NCBI GenBank assembly: GCA_963787445.1
Contig: CAWBCT010000004.1
Span: 1 to 16,677 of the forward strand
DNA length: 16,677 nucleotides
Direction: 5' to 3'
Origin: an uncultured archaeon
GTDB taxonomy: Archaea > Micrarchaeota > Micrarchaeia > Micrarchaeales > CABMGC01
Shown here one piece after another: positions 7,353 to 16,677 of the stretch. Numbering within the stretch: the first letter of the stretch is position 1; every line of letters begins with the position of its first letter. Both the position numbers and the translations under genes were made by a program. Below the pieces are notes generated by a model that saw only the letters and a list, made by a program, of their open reading frames with translations, did not search any database and was not told the DNA's origin.

Positions 7353-7930
7353 TGCCTACCTCCGGAGCAAGAGATAATATGCAATCCGGAACAAAAGCAA
7401 AGTCCAATTATTAAATACGAGTGATAGCGTTCTGACGCATAAAGGTAGTTTTAAAAGGCGGGTGCTAAGCCCATTAAAGCGCACCTATGATACCACTAGA
7501 AATAAAACCTTACGGCAAGAATGCGTATTACTGAAGAACACCGTGTTTTGGTTGTTAAGAGGAAAAGACACAGTTCCCATTATTCTAGCGAATCGCTTAA
7601 AGGTGGTGGACCGATTCAGAACCGGAATGGGTATATGCAAAGCACATAAATATTGGAGACCTAGTTTAATTTCCTAGAATAACCAAGATACTCCCAATAA
7701 CAAAACTTAACTTACCTGAGCCAGGGCCACTAATAAATCAAACAGGCCCTCTCGTGGGATCCCACTGGAGTCTACTTAGGGCAGATTTTATCAATTTGGA
7801 TTTTAAGAACTTAGAGGCATTGGGCTTATTTATTGCGGAAGGATATACCGAAAAAAATGGAATAATAAGATTTGCTATAAATACCAAAGAAAAAGACCTA
7901 ACGATTAAGATAACCGAATGGTTCAGTAAT
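7353..7930 (+). mobile_element. Intein with LAGLIDADG homing endonuclease in hel308 motif V (partial, frameshifted)
   Basis: Block A CLPPEQEII at the in-frame TGC 7353, VLTHKG, block B TEEHRVLV, LAGLIDADG motif LGLFIAEG. Markedly AT-rich. Confidence 0.88.
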
Positions 7931-8139
7931 AGTGGTTTATCTATACTCTCCTTCAAAATTGTAAGCCTGTTTTCCGCTAAAAAGTTAATCATTTTTTAAC
8001 TAACACCTCATCTCATAAATCTTTGACCCTTAATCGTTTGCACCGATACCTAGTCATATCTTCGGTAAATATTTCCCATGTATTCGATGGAATCTGTTAC
8101 TTTATATCGCTTCGGTTAAACGTAGGTAATTGCAGCTTT

Positions 8140-9081
8140 TGTGTACTTAATGCTAGGCATATAACCTAGCTTAACTAAGAATTATGAATAATCTGCGTAG
8201 CCAAGGTTTTCGAAAACCGTGGAATATTGTGCAATGCCATACGTTGATTTTGCCGATAAACAACCCGTCACCTAACTCACATACCCTTAACTAAAGGAAT
8301 CAGTTGCTTTTTCGAGGTAAGAACTAGGGAGAGTTTTGTGGAAAGATGTTTCTCTTCTTTAGCATCTGCTACCGAACATGCCTCTTTTAATAACTTTAGC
8401 CAGATAAAATAGTTTGTTTTAGACAAGCATTTATTGTTCTCCTATGTCGCTCAATAGGTCTTTGACGGTGGGGCCTTTATATACTCTATTATTACTCAAC
8501 CATTCGGTTATCTTAATCGTTAGGTCTTTTTCTTTGGTATTTATAGCAAATCTTATTATTCCATTTTTTTCGGTATATCCTTCCGCAAGAAATAAGCCCA
8601 ATGCCTCTAAGTTCTTAGAATCCAAATTGATAAAATCTGCCCTAAGTCTGCTCCAGTGGGATCCTCAACGAGGGCCTGTTTGATTTATTAGTGGCCCTGG
8701 CTCAGGTAAGTTAAGTTTTGTTATTGGGACTGTCTTGGTTATTCTAGGGAACAGAACTAGGTCTCCAATATTTATGTGCTTTGCATATACCCATTCCGGT
8801 TCTGAATAGGTCCACCACGCTTCATGCTGATCCCGCTAGAATAATGGGAACTGTGTCTTTTCCTCTTAACAACCAAAACACGGTGTTCTTCAGTCATGCG
8901 CATTGTAGCTGCCCGTAAGGTTTTATTTCTATAATCTTGCCATCATAGGTGCGCTTTAATGGGCTTAGCACCCGCTTGTTAAAACTACCTTTATGCGCTC
9001 AGAACGCTATCACTCGTATTTAATGATTGGATTTTGCTTTTGTTCCGGATTGCATATTATCTCTTGCTCCGGAGGTAGGCA
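8140..9081 (-). mobile_element. Same intein on the right arm, extending into the unpaired centre (partial; no C-terminal HN junction found; lower boundary approximate)
   Basis: CLPPEQEII, LGLFLAEG, a second LAGLIDADG-like LVKGMxLGDG (~8270-8295) and block-H-like QYSTV...LVKLGYMPSI (~8150-8235), across frameshifts. Confidence 0.8.
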
Positions 9082-10130
9082 AAGTGTTGTAGTCGCGCAA
9101 ACTGCCTTTATTATTCCCCTCTTAAAGTAATCTTCAACGACCGCACGCTGTGCATTTATTAGGCCGGCATGGTGGAATGCAACCCCCATCTTCACGAACT
9201 TTGAGAGCTTTTTCTCGCATTGAGAAGTTGGCTTTGTTAGTGCGCCAAGTATTTTGGTGGCTGCTTCGTCAAGTGCGATTTTCTCATTTGCGGATAATAA
9301 AGGCGCAACTGCCTCTGAAAGTTTTTCTGCGCCAGCCTCAGCGTTTCGTTTTGTTGAATAGAAAAGGAGTATCTGCTTCTTCCTCGTCGAGAGTGCTCCT
9401 GCATTATGCGTATCTCTGGAATCGTGCTGGTGCCCGCCATCTGCATCTCTTCTCTTCCCGAACTCTGAGTTGCATTCTTGACCACCACGCCTTTCTCCTT
9501 TATGGAACGGGTCGGAAATCGCTGACAACCAGCTTGGCGCCTAGCCAGGAGGCCATCTCTTCTGCATTGCCCACAGTTGCACTTAGCCCGAGTATCTGCG
9601 CAGACGGGCACGATCTCCTAAGACGGGTTATAAGTATCTCAAGTGTAGGGCCGCGACCGAGTTCTCCGAGCATGTGCAGCTCGTCTATAACTATGCAGCC
9701 GACCGAGTCCAGCCAGGCAATTCCCGTGGCGGATCAGGCTGTCGAGTTTCTCCGTGGATACAAAATAAGGATGTCGTTACTTCTCCAGCCAGGTGTCAAG
9801 CGCGTCTAATTCGCCAGTTGGATATTGCGGACCTTAAGGTAAGGGTAGGCCTGCTTTATCTCCGCGTACTTCTCGCTCACCAGGGCGCGCATAGGCGCAA
9901 CGTCTAGATTGCCTTCTTTCGGTCCCAGAACACCGACCTGAGCATCGCCATCTCAGCAATTAGGGTCTTTCCGCTTGCAGTTGGAGCTGCAACAACCAGG
10001 TTTGAGCCAGAAAGGAGTCCTTTTTCAACGGAAAGCTCCTGCTGGGAGGCGTGAGCTTCCTTATGCCACGCTGCTCCGCTGACTCCGCGACTTCCTTAGG
10101 AAGAGTCTTTAGCAAATCGTTCAGCTGCAT
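9082..10130 (-). CDS. hel308: Hel308 N-extein, allele B (multiple frameshifts)
   Basis: [59 protein letters not shown]. Many synonymous differences from allele A. Confidence 0.88.
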
Positions 10131-10179
10131 GAAAACAATACTAAATGCCGCTCAACAGCTAAAATACGTGCTATCCCGT

Positions 10180-10863
10180 TTATTGACGGCGATGTACATA
10201 CTTGAGGAGCTCGGCCTGATTGGACAGGCCGGTGAAAACTAGGGCTGTGGTCCTGGTGCTGCCCGATAAAGCCGTATCCTCTGCTGAGGGCCTCAACTGT
10301 GCATCATGCCTATTCTTTTTTTCGCTAGGCATGTCCAGTCCGGTTACCGATATATCGTCCACTGCCAACTTGCATGCAATCAGGGCATTCGGTGAAGCTA
10401 TGTCGCTCGACAGGCTCCTAGGAAGTACATAAGTGCACTCGAACCGAGAGCTCATCGAATATCATGTCTAGCTCGTTCAGCACGTTGGTGCGGTTGATTA
10501 CCGGGTTGGCACCGACCCTGCTTACGTCCGTTCCAGGCCTCAAGGTACTGGGCAGTCCTCGGATGGACCCCGAAACTAGGAGAGCTTCCAGACTCAGGCT
10601 GCTCGAGGCTTAAATTTTGGAACCTCTCCAACCCGACCTTAAAAGAGTTGACCAGATTGTCGTTTGAGCTTCGGAAAAGGGAACGTTCAGGATACACCAC
10701 TTCGTAGTTCGCAAAGGGCTCTCGGATGGGTTCCAGGTACCGCGTTCTCAAGACCTCCTCAAAGAAGGCCAGAATCTTCTCGCGAACTTGGCTCTCTGAG
10801 GCTGCTTGTCGCCTTGACTATGCGTCTTTCGTAACGTTCCCTGGTGAGGGCTTGCACTGACAT
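10180..10863 (-). CDS. Hypothetical protein, allele B (frameshifted; distant homolog of 5632-6279; stop uncertain)
   Basis: QVREKILAFFEEVLRTRYLEP versus QQREKLSMFMLEVLSNVYLSP, and GVHPRTAQYLEAWN versus GVSQKTAQFLDSWN. Flanks are conserved. Confidence 0.65.
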
Positions 10864-10963
10864 GTTAACCTTCAAAAAGAGTGATTTTTCAGATATATAG
10901 GCTTAATTATTCAGGCCCTCGGAAAAGTATAAAAGCCTGTGAAAGTTAGTTGATGCATAGCAG

Positions 10964-11443
10964 TTGATTGTTTGGCTTTCAAGACAAAGGAGAACTCGGC
11001 AGAGCCAAACCCGTCAAGAATCTCAGGATAAAGCATGACACCCAGGGAAGAGGAGCGGCTGGACGAAATAAAGGTGGTTGAGGGAGACAGGATAATGGGC
11101 TCCCACGTCTTCGGGAACCTGTACAAGCTGGACAGGAGCGTCGCCGGGGACCTTGCATTCCTGAAGAAGTGATCTGGGGGGCAGCGGGCGCGGGAGCATG
11201 CGAAATGTTAAGATAAAGGCGTTCTCGTTCGGTGAAAATAAAGGAGGCGTGACCGCTATTGCGATAATGCAGGTGGGCCGCGTCGCGCTGCACACCTGGC
11301 TGGAGTACAACTACGCAACGCTCGACGTTTACACGTCCGGCACCATCGCAAGCGCCGACAAAACGTTCGATTATGTCGTTTCAAAACTGAAACCGAAGAG
11401 GCACCAGAAGTTCAGGGCGGACCGGAGCCAGGTTGAGCTCTGA
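10964..11443 (+). CDS. speD: AdoMetDC-like protein, right-arm copy (frameshifted; start approximate)
   Basis: GGVTAIAIMQVGRVALHTWLEYNYATLDVYTSG; also lacks the ESH motif. Confidence 0.75.
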
Positions 11444-11967
11444 TGGCCAGGTGCGTGGCGCGTTCTGATTTCAGGAATAAACGTGGAAGGCACTCGGTCA
11501 TAAAGATGGACGAGCTAGGCGAACTCGTCGCAGCCCTGGGATTTGAGGACGTTTGGACACCCCAAGCCAGCCCGGAAACCTCATTGTTAATTGGCAAAGA
11601 GGAAGCCTGACGCAGCTGAGAAGCTGATCAGGAGAACATCAAAGAAGCTTGGCAGGGAGATAGAGGTCTTCATCTACGAACCAGGATATCTTAAGAAGAT
11701 GGTTGCACTGAATCCATTCAGGGGAAAGATAAATCCAAGTCACCTGTTTGTAACGCTGTTCGCAGGAGAAGTACGAAAGAAATTAAGTTGCCTGGAGGTT
11801 CGCCCAAAGGCGAAGTAGAGATGGTGCTTGCAAGGGACAAGGCAATTTTCTGGACCCTGGATTTGAGTAAGGGCCCATGCAACGGGAATTTTATCGAGAA
11901 GCTGGTCAGGATGCCAAGCACGACAAGGAACTGGCGGAGCATCCGGAGATGGATACCCCTCTACTAG
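11443..11967 (+). CDS. DUF1697 protein, right-arm copy (many indels)
   Basis: Mirror of 4525-5049; KRKPDAAEKLIR and IEVFIYEPGYLKKMVALNPF. Confidence 0.75.
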
Positions 11968-12023
11968 CCCTCCATTCGGAGACAACGGAAGCTCTTGTTT
12001 GTGAAAAGGAGAGTTATCCTCGT

Positions 12024-12095
12024 GCCTCAGTAGCTCAGTGGTAAAGCATCGGTTTTGTAAACCGAGGGTCGAGGGTCCGATTCCCTTCTGAGGCT
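12024..12095 (+). tRNA. tRNA-Thr(UGU), right-arm copy
   Basis: Identical to 4395-4466 except for one D-stem mismatch (GGTAAAGC versus GGTAGAGC), probably an error. Confidence 0.93.
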
Positions 12096-12166
12096 AGGTC
12101 GATAAGGTAAGATTCCTCAGAGCCACTTCGAATATGCTTTTAGGCTTTACATATCCATACTTCTTC

Positions 12167-12564
12167 ATGAAGAATGAATCGCTTGACCCTTCCGGTCACA
12201 TAAAACTATCCGTAACTGACATTCAAAGAAGTAAGACTTTTTACTCTATATTATTCAAAGAACTCGGCTTTAAGCAAATAAGATACAGTGAGAGAACCTT
12301 AGGTGGATAACTAAGGAAGGCTTTGGTATATGGATCACTCAAGCAAAAGTTCCCATGCTCAAACATAAGTTCTTAGCACCTGGCTTTCACCATTTGTGCT
12401 TTAAGGCAAGTTCAACAAAGAAGGTAGACTCAATTTACAGGCTTATGAAAAGTAGAACCTACATTTTCGATAAACCCCAAAAATATCCAGAATACACGAA
12501 GAAGTATTACGCGGTATTCTTTGCTGACCCAGATGGCATGAAATTAGAAGTGGCTTATTACTAG
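12167..12564 (+). pseudogene. VOC/glyoxalase gene, right-arm copy with the same frameshift
   Basis: 398 nt, essentially identical to 3925-4322. Confidence 0.8.
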
Positions 12565-12705
12565 ATTAATAGACCACTAAAAAGGTTAACGAAGGTGTAT
12601 CTCCTTATCAGTGCAACTCTTCTGAGGCTATGCATCTTCATATTCTAAGAAGTTACCAAAAGGCGTAGCGAATTAAGCATAATACTGCCATTTTTAAGAA
12701 TATAG

Positions 12706-13299
12706 TCACTTTTTAGCTAGTTCATGCCATTGTATTCTTGGTGAAACTGCCTTTGAGCCTGATTTACACATAGGACAATCTTTTTCTTCATACAAATGTC
12801 CTCTTTCTGATATTGCTGAAACAACATCTAAATTCAAAATCGTTTCAGTTCCTGTAAAATTTCCAATTGTAAAAATTGGTGCTTTAACAATTGCACCTTT
12901 TTTAGTTACAATTTGTATTGTTTTCTTTATGCTTTCGCCAGAGTAAATGTCATCTCCGATTACAATAACGGTATCATTTTTTAAAATATCAAAATTGCAT
13001 TCTAGGTTCTTTATGTCTACATAGCCAAATCTTGCTCCAATTTGCCTTGCAAGTGCATAAGCGATAGCTAATCCAAAAGGGGGATATGAAATGATCCAAT
13101 TTGGTTTTATTTTTCTAGTATTAAGTTCTTTGACAAAGATATTTTTAACAATTGATTCAACTAGCGTAACATCTGAAACAATATAATCTGTGTTCATGTA
13201 TAAATCAGAATGTAATCCGCTTTCTAGTGTTTTTACATGGAGTTTTGAATTGTTGTATCTCCATACGGATTTGTCAGTGATTAATTTTGAAATATCCAT
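12706..13299 (-). CDS. OPRT-like phosphoribosyltransferase, allele B
   Basis: Intact 197 aa. About 12 amino-acid differences from allele A by manual count, plus many synonymous changes. Confidence 0.85.
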   Translation of the reverse strand: MDISKLITDKSVWRYNNSKLHVKTLESGLHSDLYMNTDYIVSDVTLVESIVKNIFVKELNTRKIKPNWIISYPPFGLAIAYALARQIGARFGYVDIKNLECNFDILKNDTVIVIGDDIYSGESIKKTIQIVTKKGAIVKAPIFTIGNFTGTETILNLDVVSAISERGHLYEEKDCPMCKSGSKAVSPRIQWHELAKK

Positions 13300-13593
13300 A
13301 ATAAAATGAAGAGGAGTACATATTTAAACAATTTGGCATCCCCAAGCCCAACCCTACAACCACCACCTTCGGTTACTCTCCCAGCTTTATACGAGCTCAA
13401 GCCCCCCGCCAATCCCAATCCAAGCCGAGCTTTCAAACCCAGCCCAGCCCCGAGCCCCGAACCTTCTTCAGAAGAAAGGTTCATCGAAGAACGCTTGGGC
13501 TTATACTAACGCTCACACGCGCTGTGCTCGACCTTTCGGTCTCATTACTGAGCGGTTCGCTATCATTAAAAGGTAATCATGGGTAACAATATT

Positions 13594-14341
13594 ATGAAAT
13601 ACCTATTTGAGGAGCAGTTGCAAGAGGGAGTGATTAGGTCCAGGCCGAATAGATTTATCATGAACGTCCTTATCAAAGGAAAATTGGAAAAGTGCCATTG
13701 CCCATCAACAGGAAGGATAGGTAATATAAAATTTGAAGATATCCCTTGTCTTCTCTCACAGAGTGCAAATCCAGAAAGAAAAACAAGGTATACCGTTGAA
13801 GCTTTTTCACTTAATCCAATCAGCAAACCAAATAAGTCCTGGATAGGGATAAACCAGACCAAAGCCAACGAATATGTGGGTTTTTCGTAAAATCAGGGCT
13901 GCTTAATAAAATGCTTGGGGAAGTCAGAACTGTAAAAAGAGAGGTAAAGCTAGGGAGATCCAGAATAGACTTTCTGATAAATGGAAAGGATTACCTCGAG
14001 GTCAAAACGCCGCTCATGCTTATTCCTACAGAAGGCCACAAAAATTATAGGGAAAACAAGGCTCCTTTTACTAGCTTTGACCGGATGATAAAGCATTTTG
14101 AGGACACCTCGGGTTCCATCAAGCGGCGACGTTCGAGGGCGATCATTCCTGCTGTGCGACATGTACGACGCTAGAGCCGTTCCAGGTCCCGAAACCGAAA
14201 GCGTGCGGCAGCGGGAGATCGTACGGGCGGCCAGGAAGGCGGCCGGCGTGGAAGGCCTGGAGCACTGGCGGAGTAAATCCCAGGGTGGAGAAGGGACTGG
14301 CGATGGGCCTGATAGACTGCTTCAGGTTGAAATTATTTTAA
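13594..14341 (+). CDS. sfsA: SfsA, allele B (frameshifted)
   Basis: MKYLFEEQLQEGVIRSRPNRF, HCPSTGR, SRIDFL, YLEVKTP. More AT-rich codons than allele A. Confidence 0.85.
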
Positions 14342-14350
14342 AGGCGTATT

Positions 14351-15219
14351 CCACACCAAAACTTCTGCTATCTCATTTGAAAGATCAATGATGGCGGCAT
14401 CCCCAAACGGGATTGTGTTGGTGCCGTAGACCTTCGAGACCCCTGCCTTCTGGAGTTTGCTGTAGGCGTCGTTGGCCATTATCAGATGACCCGGCTGCGG
14501 CAACCGACTTGGCGCCCTTGGAGTAGGCAAACTCAGCCGCCTGAACAACCGTTCCTCCGGTGCTTATCATATCGTCAAGGACGATGACCTGCTTCCCTTT
14601 CAGGTCGCCCTTGGATGCGCTTTTTATGCTGACCATGCCGGTGTTCGTATCGCGTGCCTTGTCAATGTAGCTGTAATCGCAGCCGAGTATCTTGGACGCC
14701 CTCTTGGCTATCTCCACGCTTCCGTCGTCAGGGGCGAGGATGAACGGATTGTCGAACTCCCTGCTGAATCCCTTTACAAGAGAATCTATGGCGTTTATCT
14801 CCACCGCTTTTCCGCTGAAGCTCTTTAGCGTTTCTGGGTTGTGCGGATTTACCGTTATGATCCTCGTTATTCCTGCCGAGGCGAGCAGGTGGAGGATCGT
14901 GGCTATACTTATCGTCTCCATCCCTGAAGCGCTTGTCCTGCCGCATGTAGGCCAGGAAGGGGATGACTGCGGTTATTCTTTTCGCACCCATGCTGCGCAG
15001 TTCGTCGGCCATGAGGAGGAGCTCAAGCATGTGCTCTCCCTGCGGGGCGTAGGTTGATTGCACTATCGCGATCTCCTCACCGTCAAGCTTCTTCGGAAAC
15101 CTTATGGCGAACTCGCCATCGGGAAAGAGCCGCTTCTCAACACGCACGCATTCCTTGCCCAACAGGTTGGCTATGCCGGTGGCAAGCCCATTGTCCGCGG
15201 TTCCTGCAACAACTACCAT
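14351..15219 (-). CDS. prs: PRPP synthase, allele B (frameshifted; stop codon reads TGG)
   Basis: Same motifs as allele A. Identical N- and C-terminal ends with a diverged middle. Confidence 0.9.
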
Positions 15220-15281
15220 GAGATCAGTCTGCGCAATATTTAATAATGGACATAATACTTATAATATCACTAGGTTGTATT

Positions 15282-15479
15282 ATGACTGAAATAATTATAA
15301 AATCAAAAAAGAACAGCTCAAACAAGATAATAGTCGACGGCGTTGTGAAGGCGGACCTGTGCAGGTGCGGAAAGTCGAAGACCATGCCGCTCTGCGACTC
15401 AACCCATCGCGAGTGTGGGTTTGAGGCCGAAGAAAGCGAGATAAAGATCGTCACAACGGAAAACACACAGCAGGCGTGA
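15282..15479 (+). CDS. CDGSH iron-sulfur protein, right-arm copy
   Basis: Identical protein to 1178-1375. Confidence 0.88.
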   Translation: MTEIIIKSKKNSSNKIIVDGVVKADLCRCGKSKTMPLCDSTHRECGFEAEESEIKIVTTENTQQA

Positions 15480-15483
15480 TAAA

Positions 15484-15859
15484 ATGAAGCTGAACAAACT
15501 TACAAAAGAAGAGGAAAGAGTGATTGTGCAAGAGGCACGAGACGCCGTTCACTGGAGAGTACGACAATAACTTCAGAGGCCGGCACTTACATATGCAGGA
15601 GATGCGAGGCACCGCTCTACAAATCGGAATCCAAATTTGACGCGGGATGCGGATGGCCCGCTTTTGACGAAGAAATAAAGGGCGCAGTGAAGAGAATTCC
15701 AGATCCTGACGGACAGAGAATAGAGATACGATCTGCGGCAAACCGCGGACGCACTGGGCCCACGTATTTATCGGGGAAGGTTTTCACAAAGAAGAACGTG
15801 AGGCACTGTGTGAACTCGAGTCTTCGATGAAGTTCATCCCGAAGGATGACAAGAAGTGA
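15484..15859 (+). CDS. msrB: MsrB, right-arm copy (indel errors)
   Basis: Mirror of 802-1173, with scattered indels breaking the frame. Confidence 0.85.
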
Positions 15860-15863
15860 TAAT

Positions 15864-16393
15864 ATGGATAGTATAGTTTTTGGCGGGAAGGGCCTTCGGT
15901 GCACGGAAGCGGTATTCTCGAAATTGAAGGGCGTAAAGAAGACCATGCCGGGATACGCCGGGCGGGGTTACAAAGGATCCGACCTACGAAAAAGTCTGCT
16001 ACGAGGACACAGGCCACGCCGAGGTTCTCCAGGTAGAGTATGATCCAAAAGTGATAAAGCTCGAGAAGCTTCTGGAGGTTTTCTTTGAGATGCCGCGATC
16101 CAGACGACGCCGGACAGGCAGGGCGGAGACTATGGAAACCAGTACAGATCCATAGTGCTTTACAATACCGAAAAAGAAAAGGAGACGGTGCAGAAATTCA
16201 TAGCCGGCATTCAAAAGAACTTCGACAAGCCGATTGTGACCGAGGTGAAGAAGCTGGAGAAGTTCTACCCTGCTGAGGAGCACCACCTCAGAAGTACTAC
16301 GACAAGAACCCCGTTCTCAGCCCTGACTGCCTGCTGGTGGTCAGGCCGAAGGTCGCTAAGATAATGAAGGAGTTCGCAGATATTGTCGAATAG
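15864..16393 (+). CDS. msrA: MsrA, right-arm copy (indels; C-terminal half is a diverged allele)
   Basis: [59 protein letters not shown]. Confidence 0.85.
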
Positions 16394-16399
16394 AACGCT

Positions 16400-16677
16400 T
16401 CCTGCGGTCGGCTGAGAGTCCTGTCGCCAATAATCCTCAGGTCGACAAGATCCTCTTCCAAGATGCTTTCGGCGTTGTGAATAGGATCGTCCTGGACGCC
16501 GAGAGAGCCAGCCGCTTGCAGATTCAATATCCCTCAGGTTGTCATCTATGAAGAGGCAGCTCTGGGGCTCGGCATTAAGCTTCTCCAGAATCGTCTTGTA
16601 CGCCTCTTCTTGCCGGAGCCTTGAAGACGCCTACCTCGAAAGAGTAGGATGTCGAGCGGAAGAGTTTGCGGTGCGTA
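16400..16677 (-). CDS. HAD hydrolase fragment, right-arm copy (boundaries approximate)
   Basis: EAYKTILEKLNAEPQSCLFIDDNLRD. Confidence 0.7.

Larger units (their letters stand above)
1..7930. repeat. Left arm of window-wide inverted repeat (fold-back); pairs with ~8490-16673
   Basis: Start CACCGCAAACTCTTCCGCTCGACATCC is the reverse complement of the window end GGATGTCGAGCGGAAGAGTTTGCGGTG. Every gene recurs in mirror order. Pairing ends after ...TAACCGAATGGTTCAGTAATA (~7930). Confidence 0.97.
8490..16673. repeat. Right arm of window-wide inverted repeat; more indel noise and partly a different haplotype
   Basis: Reverse complement of 1-7930 in mirror gene order. Begins near TATTACTCAACCATTCGGTTA. 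Confidence 0.97.

Noticed and set aside
7930-8490. Hairpin telomere of a linear replicon (protelomerase-type)
   Set aside because: The centre is a long asymmetric loop inside an intein, the arms are non-identical, and no telomere resolvase is present.
10795-10803. Another partial match to the tRNA 3' repeat (TCTGAGGCT)
   Set aside because: Only 9 bp, inside a coding region, upstream of the tRNA and absent from the other arm; consistent with chance.
13306-13509. 67-aa proline-rich ORF as a real gene
   Set aside because: Its composition follows from the C-rich tract, it starts within the divergent PRTase promoter, and it has no counterpart in the other arm. Not excluded, but unsupported.
14333-14353. 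C-terminal extension of prs allele B (TGA read as TGG)
   Set aside because: A single difference within an otherwise identical block; probably a base error.
1-16677. Numerous frameshifts as real pseudogenes or programmed frameshifting (msrA, msrB, prs, sfsA, DUF1697, hel308, intein)
   Set aside because: Most occur in only one arm at differing positions and cluster in noisy patches, which is typical of long-read or consensus error. The VOC frameshift is the clear shared exception.

Overview
The window is a single giant fold-back of archaeal chromosomal DNA. Hel308, an archaeal-type PRPP synthase, a CCA-less tRNA and TATA-led genes indicate Archaea; DPANN/Micrarchaeota is only my impression. 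Bases 1-~7930 are the reverse complement of ~8490-16673, with a ~560-bp unpaired centre inside a LAGLIDADG intein. Each arm carries the same gene order: HAD hydrolase fragment, msrA, msrB, CDGSH Fe-S protein, prs, sfsA, OPRT-like phosphoribosyltransferase, frameshifted VOC gene, tRNA-Thr(UGU), DUF1697, AdoMetDC-like protein, a hypothetical gene, and hel308 with an intein. The arms are not simple copies. Near-identical blocks alternate with blocks showing synonymous and conservative divergence, so two haplotypes or relatives are represented. Many arm-specific indels look like long-read or consensus errors, so an artefactual origin of the fold-back is likely. The most promising biological signals are: (i) AT-rich single genes each bracketed by a copy of the tRNA-Thr 3' end; (ii) an AdoMetDC homolog lacking the pyruvoyl-forming serine in both arms; (iii) a hypervariable ORF between conserved flanks; (iv) a near-identical intein plus flank in two diverged hel308 alleles.
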